64,000 bases of DNA from Amphiscolops sp. MND2022 (lineage: Eukaryota). The translations under genes were made by a program, and so were the position numbers. Within the stretch, counting starts at the first letter, position 1. Each line of letters begins with the position of its first letter. Below are positions 12,744 through 23,109 of this stretch, piece by piece. Location: contig OZ076409.1 in NCBI GenBank assembly GCA_964187785.1, positions 58,592,001 to 58,656,000 on the forward strand. The letters run 5' to 3'. A model generated the notes under the pieces. The model searched no databases and was not told where the DNA came from. It was given only the letters and a program-made list of their open reading frames with translations.

Positions 12744-15700
12744 ATGGAAGCAGACTCTCAATCGAAAAGACTAACATTTTTCCTTCTTGCTTCATTTAAT
12801 ATAGCAGCTGGGAGTTTTCAGTTTCGACAGTTGTCTGCTCCCATGTTTCACCCCATTGCTGTATATTGTTATATATCTTTGAACACTTCAACCAAATATT
12901 CCAAAGCTTATGAGTTGAAATATAAAATGACAAGAAAACCAGGAAACACAAGACTATCGAAGTATTACAACACCTACAGATATAATCAACGTCTGCTTCT
13001 ATTCGGCGATGTTGAGTTAAATCCTGGTCCACTTATTTATTTCAAGTTTTTAACTGGACAATTCGCCAGAAATAAGAAGCAACTTAAATTCTTCCATGTA
13101 AACAGTCAGTGCATGTTGCACAAAAAACACAGGTGGAATCCATTATTAGCGATCTTTGGAGAAAATTGTACTTATGGATTCACCGAAACGTGGCTAAAAA
13201 ATTGTGACGATGAAACGACGAAAAAAGATCACTTCAAAACATTCCGAGCCGACCGCAAACTTACCAAGAAATTGAGAGGCGGTGGAGCAATGATAATTGT
13301 GCCAAAAAATCTCAATCCAAAGATAAGAAGAGATTTGGTTCACACTAATGAGCTTGATTTTGAAAGTGCATGGATAGAGTGCAATATCAACAATGATGTA
13401 TCCAATAAGAAAAAACAACGGATAAATGGGAGTTATAATAGCAACAAAGCTCTTCTCAATACTTTTCTAGAAGAATTGTCAACCAGCATAGATTATGCGA
13501 TAACTGAAAATAAACCCATCACCTTAGTGGGAGACTACAACTTGGATTACCTCAATAAAAAAGAAAAAAAAAGTTTAGACACAATTATGGTAAAGTATGG
13601 AATGAACATCACAAATAATAAAATATCTACAAGCATATCAGGCAATTGCAAATCTCTTCTCGACTATATCATAACAGATCTACCTGAATTGAAACGAACA
13701 AATGTATCCGATACCCCTCTTAGAAGAATCCAGGGAAAAATGAGCGATCATTTTGCGACATCAATCATTACGGAAAATAAAATGCAAAAACCGCCAAGTG
13801 TTACAATCAAAGAAATTTTCGATAAAACATAATACAGAGTCGAAGAACTAAGAAGTTTTATCAGTAAAAGCAACTGGTGTTTGTTTTATAATCAAACTTG
13901 TGCTGAAGGAATGTTTACGGTTTTCGCGGATATTCTAGAAAAAGCATTGCGGCGATGTGCATCCATAAAAACAGTTTCATTAGAAACGATAAAAGCAAGA
14001 TGACAATGGAACGAAAATGGATAAAGGAGAAAACAAAAAAATTGTACCGGAAAATTGACTCTAGAATGAAACCACAGTCCTTAACTTACCAACAAATTCA
14101 AAATGACCTGAATGAGAATATTAACTCTAGTCGTTAAGATTTTCAGTCTGAATGTTTCAATAATCTGAAAACTGAACGTGACATATGGAATTTCATTAAC
14201 GAGACCAGGAATAGCGAACGGACAAAAACAGAAAAATTCAGTCTGAAAAACAGTTTTGGCGACACTGTCACTGACCGAAAACGAATTGCAAATTTATTGA
14301 ACTACCGATTTTCAAAACTAGGAGAACTTCGGACAAACCAGACAATATATGAATAAAGCCTCGAAAGAATTAAAGAACGATAATAAAAAATTCAGTCTTC
14401 AGCCCATAAGCTTATTTGAATGCAAAAAAAAACATTTGAAACGTTTAGATAAGATCAAACCGTTAGGCCCATCTAACATCCCGGCTTGGGCGTTGAAAGA
14501 TTGTCTGAATTTATTAGCTGAACCGCTTTGCTTCATGATAAAAGCTTTTATTGAAGAGGGTAAATTTCCAGAACATCTAAAACAAGCACATGTTATACCG
14601 ATCTTTAAGAAAGGTGATAATGAAGATCCTGATAATTACCAACCAATATCAATCACATCTTCTCTTGCAAAAGTTTTTGAACAAATCTTAAGAGAGCGAA
14701 TGAACGAGTACCTTGAAAGGAACAATTTACTCGGCCCATTGCAATTTGGATTCCGAGCAAAATATTCAACAACGGATGCTTTACTGAAAATATAAGAAAA
14801 GATCTAGATGACAATCAAAGCACAGCAGCAGCTTTTTTGGACCTATCCAAAGCATTCGATTCGATGTCTCATGAAATCCTTTCGGAAAAACTACATCATC
14901 TCAATTTCGATGAAAAGGCCATCAAAATGATAGAGAGTTTTTTGACTGGAAGATACCAAATGGTTGATGTATCCACATGTAGCTCAGATTGGATTCAATT
15001 ATACCTAGGTGTTCCACAAGGGACAGTTCTCGGACCACTTCCTTTCAACATCAACGTTAATGACATGCATAATCAGTCATGGAAAATTGTAATTTATTCC
15101 AATATGCTGATGATACTATGATATCTAGTTCACATAACGATTTGACGACAGCTCGCAATAAATTACAGCAAGCAATAGAAAGACTTGTCAATTTTTTCGA
15201 GAGTCACCAATTAACAATCAATGCGAACAAAACTGAATTTTTTGGTTTTTCGTAAACCATCCAAAAACAAATTTGCCGGAAGTCATACCTTCAAGATTAA
15301 AAATCAAATTATCAATACATCAACAACTATGAAACATTTATGTGTTTATCTGGATCAGAATTTGGATTTTCAAGATGAAGTGAAAAACATCCTCCGGAAA
15401 ATGGCTACCGGCATCAAAAAATTATATGCTATACGCGATATCTTTCCAACTGCGACACGATTAATATTACTCAATGCCTTAGTTTTAAGTCACCTACATT
15501 ATTCTTCTATCCTACTATCTGGTATCAGTGAAAACTTGATTACAACTCTCGAAAAACAATTGAATTGGGGAATTAAAGCCTGTTTCAAAAGAACTAAATT
15601 TGACCACTCAAAAGATCTCAAAATTCGACATAAAATCCTTCTTGTTCGACATTTTGTAGATTACAACTGCCTCTTATACCTTTGGAAATATGAAAGCAGC

Positions 15701-15991
15701 CTAATTCCAGCGTTTGATAGAAAACATCATTTACCGACTGCTGCGACAAAGACTGATGAAAGAACATAAATTGAGTACTCAGATATGGCAACAAGGTCTA
15801 ATTTTCGGCGCAATTGTTTCTTCAAAAGAACATTACCCCTGTGGAACACTCTTCCGAGAAAAATGATAGAGAAAATTTCATACGAAACAATGAAAAAAAG
15901 AATCAAATCTTTTCCTTCTCAAAGATACGAAAAGGAAATAGACCGACCACAATATGGAAAAAAATGTTGGAGTGTTTACCGTTATACATAA
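12744..15991 (+). pseudogene. LINE ORF2: 2A-like peptide, APE endonuclease, reverse transcriptase (fragmented)
   Basis: ORF pieces 12744-13832, 13955-14137, 14349-14795, 14837-15121, 15221-15769 and 15785-15991 carry collinear EN and RT motifs. Confidence 0.9.
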
Positions 15992-16254
15992 TTCGTCCCA
16001 TAATCACCCCTTTTTTACTCATCAATTAGTTTTTCTAACAATTATATTGTAGACACTGCCTTTTGAAATAGAAATTCATTTTTTATACTATTTTAAGTAG
16101 GAAATACAGTGTTCATTTTACTTCCCCCGTGTTTCGCCAATTCGCATTGGAGCAGTTTGGAGATTCACTTTATACTCCAATAGAACAATAATCATGTTTT
16201 CTACATCAGATAAGATGTCTGCTTCATGCGAGGGATTTACTTTTTGTTAGGACA

Positions 16255-17420
16255 ATTTACTGGTGTTGTTTTGGAGTTAGTCGCATTTGATTTTACAGGT
16301 GTCGACGTCCCGGCTACGGAGACGTTTTCTGGCTCAAAATCAGTATCTTGATCTTGTAGACTGATTGGACGTTTTTTACTCAGAGGTACTATTAGTTTAA
16401 GCAATTTTGTTTTGGTTTTCAGCTAATATATTTGTTAAATCGTTCAAGATTCCTTTCCTCAGAGACGTTTTTATCTTATCAAGATTTTCAGGTTCAGCTC
16501 TAAGAGATTTGCAAGGACCGGCTACTAGATTTTCCGATAAGTTATTTTCAGCTACAGGGGCTTCAAAATCTCCAGAAACTAGCTCAGCTACAGTTTTTCT
16601 TATTTGACTTCGGGTTGTCATGTTCTATGTTGAAAAGTTTTGGTAAGATTTCGATTCTTCGAAAAATACAATTTGCGTTTTTAAAACGGGACGGTTATCT
16701 ATCACAACAGGTTACAAAACTAACTAAAATTACATGACAATCCTAGATATTTATACCTTACCAGCATCATTTGTTCCACACCTAAAATTTCTTAGGTATC
16801 ACAAAGTCGGGTTTTTTTCCATCAGAAAGCACTAATGAAACAACTTATTTCAGATCTGCATCATAAAATCAAGTATTAGAATTCCTAGTTGCGTTGCTAT
16901 TCCGTAAAACTTTGTTGAAATCATTTTTGTACAGGCAATTCCATTTCCTGTTTGAGGCTCAAAAATGCGTCAAAATAAAGATCTTGTTCTCGTTTTCATC
17001 GACGAAAGCACGCCGGCGTGATCAATTAGTCAAATTCCAAGTTGGGAAGATAATATTCGAATCAAAAGTATGACACTCAAAAATATCGACAGAATCGAAA
17101 CGAAGCAAAAAATTTTGGAAATGAAAATATCTAGATATTGAGAAAGAAACAAATGATGCCGGGATGGCATATTCCAAATCCAAAATTCCGATTCACGCAG
17201 CAATAGTAAATGGTATATTTAACAAAACACAAACAATTACTGACGGAAACTATCCGTTAAAATGGTACATATTCAGCACAATAAAATTAACTTGGAATAA
17301 ATAATGGTACATCATTACAAACTGTACAGCAATGACAAAATTTTCAGGTATCATTCATTTAAGCAACAGGACTTCTGAATTGCATCAATCTTACGTTGTC
17401 TTTCAGGTATATTCTAACAA
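16255..17420 (-). mobile_element. Gypsy 5' leader and gag start (same family as 29905-30455), truncated
   Basis: 16255-16801 aligns by eye with 29905-30455. ORF 16397-16621 starts MTTRSQIRKTVAELVSG. Confidence 0.8.
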
Positions 17421-17424
17421 ACCA

Positions 17425-18072
17425 TGATGGTAAAGTTCCCAACTTTGAAGTCTTAACAAGGATTTTATACAATGTAGGATTAACGTTTCATTATTGAGTT
17501 AGGAAAATAAAATCAGAGATTATGAATATAATCCTTTAATGCTTCCTCACAGTACAGCTTCTTTTAAGTGAAACCCTAACTCTAAAATTGTTCAAACGCA
17601 TTGATTAGAAAAATCTTCATTTGAATTTCATTTGAACCGTTACTTCATAGTTACAATCTTACAATTCGTTTCGTAGTACGTATTAAGATTAGTCATAGCT
17701 GTGCAGCGGCGTACAGTTTTACAATCTGGTGCGTAGTCGCTCCGTACGTATTAACATTAGGTATAGTTGAGCAGCGGAATGCAAATTTACAATTCACTCC
17801 GTAATCGCTCCGTACGTATTAAAATTAGGTATAGCTGAGCAGCGGTGGCTGACGGAGAGAAAGCGGAAAGCATAGTTGACTTCGTTCTTCTTCTCTTAGT
17901 AGGGGCAACCAAGCACGATTTTATCAGCTTGAGCTCAAACAATTGGGTTGAGAAGAGAAGCTTTTGGTCCGTAAAAATAGAAACACCTATTAATAGCGCT
18001 GAGTGACGTTGTCATAACGTTGTAAACATTTACTTAGAATCACTTGACTGCGGTTTTAATTGAATATTGACA
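17425..18072 (-). repeat. Candidate LTR containing three 68-bp tandem units
   Basis: Minus strand begins TGTCAATATT (18072) and ends ...ACCATCA followed by TGGTTTGTTAG (PBS-like). Units CGTATTAA.ATTAG.(T/C)ATAG.TG.GCAGCGG start at 17679, 17747 and 17815. No second LTR copy in the window confirms the boundaries. Confidence 0.35.
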
Positions 18073-18429
18073 ACTACTATAGTACCGGAAAATACTTCCT
18101 CTATACTATTTTGTATGTTTTTTTCACTTTAGATTGTCTGAACTCCGTTGGGAGCGCGGAGTTAAATGTTATCTTCAATGTTTCATTTTAGTGTGGAGAA
18201 GAAAGAAAGGATCGCATTTTTGAAAAATGTTTCTGTTTTAGTATTTAGATCAGTATGGAAATTTCAGAAGGTGAAACCGGAACCAGAAAGGAAGGTTACA
18301 TCTGAAAACTTTAGACCGGAAGTTTTAGCTATCCTAAAATCATTTCCAACAATATTCCGTAATGCTTGCGTTAGATTCCGTGTTCATAAAAATTTCTACA
18401 GATAATTTGATTGTAACGTGAGTAGAATT

Positions 18430-19960
18430 AAATTAACTAAAGTTAAATTTAACAGTATTTGAGTTAAGTTTAACAGTACTTGTAGTTGCCGTGACCAACT
18501 CCGCTTGTATAGTTCGGGATTCCAGAGCAGCAGTAGGAATTACGACCGGGAGCGGGTCGTGACAGGGTCCCTCTCGCTCGAAATGCTGGCAGACCTTGAC
18601 AGTGGGCAACTTCTTTCACAATTGTCACGGCCTGCTTCCGTGGTCTTTGTATTTTTGTTGATGAAAACCAGCTGCCACGTCCAGCTAACGAGTAGAATTC
18701 TGTTGCTGTTGAGTCATTTAGGTCTAGTCCCCACGTTTCTTCAATTTCTGCGATCGAAGGCTCATTGAAGTCATCTAGTTTCCCAGCCTTCTCTGGGGTT
18801 CATATTGGGTAGGCGATAGATTCGTCAAGTCCCTTAGTATTGGGGCTGCTTGTAGGGGGCGGTAACTCACGTGGAGAGTCCGGTTCTTCAAAAAAACTGG
18901 GTTCTGAGTCTTCTTCGGTGTGATTTTCTACCACGAGAATTTCAATTTCTTCATTCGAGGCGATCCTTTCGCGAATTATGTCTACTGCAAATTTTCGCGG
19001 GGAGGGCCCGGGTTCAAAGGTAGAATCTGAGTCGTTTAGCAGGTTTAAGTTTCACGGCTGAACCATTTAATTCTTTTCTGCTTCCTGGATGAACTTCCGT
19101 GGACGAATCGCTTAAATCCAGTCTCCCATTGCCCATGTTTATTGGCATTGTTTTTATGGGAGTACTATAACGGTTGTTTTCCTCATCAGAAAAGATGTCA
19201 ATTACCAGTGCGTAATTATCCATTTCAAATGAGATTGAAACTGCTTTCCTTTTCAAACTGTAAAGGTTTTCAGATCATTTAGTCAGGCTGTTCGCTAATG
19301 AAAATGGACGACAAATGAACGTTTCAGTTTCCTTTTTCTGTGATTTTACTGCTTTTTTATTGGCTGTCATCCCTCCTTCGTTCCGGTCCGTCTTGGGCTG
19401 TTGGAAGCGTTTTGCTTCCGTCTACGCTGTGATTGGCCATTAAATTAAAGGAAAAAGATTTTGATTCAATATTCGTTTTCTTCAGCTACAACGTTATGAC
19501 GTCATCAGCATTCTTTCGGAAGAATTACGTTCACGTGACGAAATTTTTGAAGTGGTTTTCCTTGATGATTTTTCAGGATTTCTTGATCAACCTCAGATTC
19601 ACTGTATGATTTGTGGAAGCGTTTTGTTCTGTCAATGCCATAATAGGCTTTCACTGAAGTTGGAGAATAGGTATTTTTCCAAATATGTAAGGATAGCGTT
19701 GTTAATTTCCTTTTAGGGGGGTTACGTTCAAATAACGTAGTGGTTTTTCCTTTTCTTTCAAATTGCCTTGAAGATTTCACTATTCTTGATTTGTGGAGAT
19801 GGGAGACAAAAATATGTTCCCCCTACAGGCCCTAACACGGGATTTGTCAGTGGGAATGAGACCGTTTTTGGATACAGTGACGACGATGTGATTCCGTCTG
19901 GTTCTGATATTGGACATACTGTCCCAGGTGGTAAAATCTTTCTGACTTCCATGAGTACTT
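18430..19960 (-). pseudogene. Decayed low-complexity ORF(s) in a Gypsy 3' region
   Basis: Minus-strand pieces (19758-19952, 19505-19780, 19014-19256, continuing with stops to ~18440) are Pro/Ser/Glu-rich. No recognised domain. Confidence 0.35.
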
Positions 19961-19999
19961 AGACTTTTGTTTTTGGTGATCAGCCTTTGTAGTCTTACC

Positions 20000-22950
20000 C
20001 GAATTCCTGAAGCGTCGGAACCAGATCTTGATTTTCAATAACTCCATCTGTTGCTTGTTCAACTGCTCCCGGAGACAATGCGGAGGGGTCCCATTCAGCC
20101 ACTGTGGAATTGTTTACATCTTCCACCACTGTCTTACCCTCTATTTCTGAGGTTTTGTCAGCAGTCCGGACTCCTTCCGTTAATGAGACATTTATCTCCA
20201 CATTAACTGTTCCTGCGCTTGAGACTGTATCCTGTTGCGGCTGTCATTTCTGCCGTATTTCCTACGTCAGTTCCTGTTTTATCTGATTCTCGGCCTACCA
20301 ATAGTGAGTCTCAAGGAGGTGAGACCGATCCCCCCGCCGAGAAAAATCTGGGTTAGTTGCTGTGTGTATTGTGATCAAATATCACTTTAGGGCGAGGTGT
20401 AACGTGTAGTATTAATCTTGGGTTTGTATTATTAGGGTTGAAAGGTCGTTCCGCGGCAAAGCCGTCCGTGAATTTTGCGACGCACCCTAGGCGCGCTAAG
20501 AAAGCTGTTCCTCCTCCTCCGAGCCCTCCACCTTTGACGCGAGCATCTGGGGGCTGGGATAGTCAAGATGAGGAGCAGACTGATTTTGTTCGTGATATGC
20601 TGTTCAATTCTGAGGACTTGATGCAATTGAGTCACCGCTTGGTGGATGAGGTGGAGAATCGGACTTCGCAGACTATCCAAAGCGGTTTGTTTTCATTTTA
20701 GTTGTTATTGGTGGGCTTGTTGTATTTGCTTGTTTTTGTTCGTTGAGTTATTCTTTATTTGCTTGTGTTGAATTGTGTGTGTTTCCTCTTCTCCTCGCAA
20801 TAATTGTATATTTGTATGTTATAGGTTTCCGTGAACTCAGCGAAAAAGTTGAGAGCCAGCTGGGTAAGAAGACGCCTAAAAAGTACAGCAGTCGCAAGTT
20901 GTTATATCGTCTCATGCTGGATCTCCATCCCGTTTATAAATGTTTCGCGAGTGCAAAGAACAATCAGGCGACGTACTTCCACTGCCTGGTATGCCGTTGT
21001 GATGTGGCTATGAAGGCGCATGGTTCTGGCGAGTTTGGACGCCATTTTAAATGCGATAAACATTGGATCAAAGATGTGACCTATAGATAGCATATGGGCT
21101 TGCCTGTTCTTAATCTCTTAATGTAGCCTATGGATTTGACTGAGGCCCAGTTAGCTGAGTATCGAGCTAAGCTTTTCGAGGATCTTGGTGAAGAGTACCC
21201 CTTCCCTGACGACCTTGTGCCGAAGCATTACCGTGTCGAATCTAAAGTTCCATTTATGACGTTCGTGGGATGCCTGGGAGAATTTTTCGCAGTGGAGGGG
21301 ATTTTACTTTCTTGCGGCGGGTTCTGGGGACATTTTTGTTTGTCTCCGGGAGATCGGAAGACTGAATTCGCCTTGAACTGGAGACGTTCGGAAACGGTGG
21401 TAAGATATTTTTCTTTTGTTTCCGATTGCCTGACGTTGTATGTTGTTTTTTTCTTGGTTGATCTGTTAGAAATACGTGTGCTGTACGTCAATTGTGTGTC
21501 AATTTCTGGCCCTTCGTGTGTTGTGGTTGATGATCAAGCATATTACAACCTTCGGAGTGTATAGTTTGCAATTTGAGAAGTCGTCGTTCGTGGAGTATTG
21601 CTATGTACTTGTTGGGAAGTCAACCATCTAAAAAGGGTGTGTATTGGAAAAGAGTCTTTGGAACAGCCCGTTCCCAATGCGGACCTGGTGCCTTTATTGC
21701 GAATTGTGTATAGTCTTCCCACTAAACAGCTGCCATTTGCCATTTCTGGTGCGAGTCCGTCTTTGGTCCGTGTTCTGGGAAAGACTCGTGAAGATGGTCG
21801 TCGTTTCATTTTGTATCAAGCCTTTAGCGAAGAACTTTTCTTGCAGTGCTTCCTACAGGCCAACCAGGATGTGTCCGGTTTGGTGGAAGTGGTGACGATT
21901 GTCGACTATGTTGTAGATCGTCTAAACAGTGCCTTGTACGAGGAATGGACGGAGGATAAAACGGTGTTACGTAAATGTGTTCGTCAAGGTTCCGTCAATT
22001 TTGGTGACTATCGTGCTCTGCTGACTAATTTGATCGGCCTGTGGCCGTCGATCCAGCCTTACATTCGTTGCACTGGGAATCCCGAATTGAAAGAAAAAGC
22101 CGATAGTGTTAGTATAGCATATTTGGTTGTTATGGGTTGGGGTTGACTTGGTCTGTAAGTAGGTTTTGGTTTGCTTTTATATGAGAGGGCCAGACTGGCA
22201 TTTAATTGCTGATGATATGATTACATATCGATTCGAGCTGTTACGTTTCGTGCTCGATACCTGTAAGCACGATCGTTCCAATACCACTGCCAGTTAGATA
22301 CCTAATGTGGTGCACTTCCTACTTCGTGATTTCAGTTTCCAGGCACGTCATCATGTTTGCCGTTTATTGAAGCTGTGTTGCTTGGTTATGGGGGGTTCTT
22401 GCGGGGTTCATCCGCAGGTGACCTTTGATCTGGGAGGGAGTAAAATCGGTGCAGACGTGTTTCAAGGCTGTCTTTGACTGGTTTAAAGTTATGATTTGAG
22501 ACCAGGGTTTTGTCCTCAGTCAATTTTTACAGAGTCAACTTTGGGTGCAGTTCGTCATGCTATTGCCACTGCTGGGATATTTTTCGTTACTCCAGCTTAT
22601 GATGTTTGGAAAGACGTTTGTGATCTTGGAGAGGATTCGTTTGTGTCACAGAGTAAGAAAGCTTATGATACATACTTGGAGCGCCGAAAATCTTATGAAT
22701 GAGCATCATTAGTGGATTGTAATAAAGTGAATTGACTTTCTCGCGTCAATGCCGTAGTTCCTGCTGCTGATACGGGCAGTACAAGCAACTGAGGTTCAAA
22801 GAGATCCAGGGGCAGTGTTGAAAAGTCGGGTTGCGGAATAAAACCTGCATCGTCTTCCAACAAGACAGTCGGTGCTGGTGCTGGTAATCAAAAAGGGAAG
22901 CAGAAGCCTCCGAAACCTGATGATCGAGACGTGTTCCATCGAATAAAGTG
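20000..22950 (+). pseudogene. Intron-containing hAT-transposase-like gene with C2H2/BED-type zinc finger, decayed
   Basis: CLVC-x16-H-x5-H finger (CLVCRCDVAMKAHGSGEFGRHFKCDKHW). YSLQFE resembles the hAT FSLxxDE strand. GT-AG intron 20685-20824 joins ORFs in frame, with further donors at 21400 and 22108. In-frame stops near 21088 and 21124. Confidence 0.55.
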
Positions 22951-23109
22951 AGGATTAGCGCATTTAAATGACTCTATTTGAAGTTTGGGTAGAAGAAATG
23001 TAATTGTATCATTTATTGGACTCTGAGGTTCTGTTTTAAATGATTGCACTGTTGTTAGAAGTATTTTGTAGTTAAAGAAACAGGAATTAAACGTCACCAC
23101 TCCGGTTCG

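Larger units (their letters stand above)
11640..16090 (+). mobile_element. CR1/L2-type non-LTR retrotransposon (LINE), near full length but decayed
   Basis: ORF1 remnants followed by an APE endonuclease (GFTETWL, RGGGAMI, LVGDYNLD, LLDYII, SDHF) and an RT (NYQPISITSSLAKVFE, QFGFR, DLSKAFD, GVPQGTVLGP, QYADDT in an alternate frame). Many frameshifts. Ends are approximate. Confidence 0.92.

Noticed and set aside
16815..16840. Hammerhead ribozyme core (CTGATGG..GAAA on the minus strand)
   Set aside because: The core is not CUGANGA and the required stems are not evident.
17650..17850. CRISPR-like array
   Set aside because: The whole 68-bp unit is repeated with no unique spacers, in a eukaryotic retroelement context with no cas genes.
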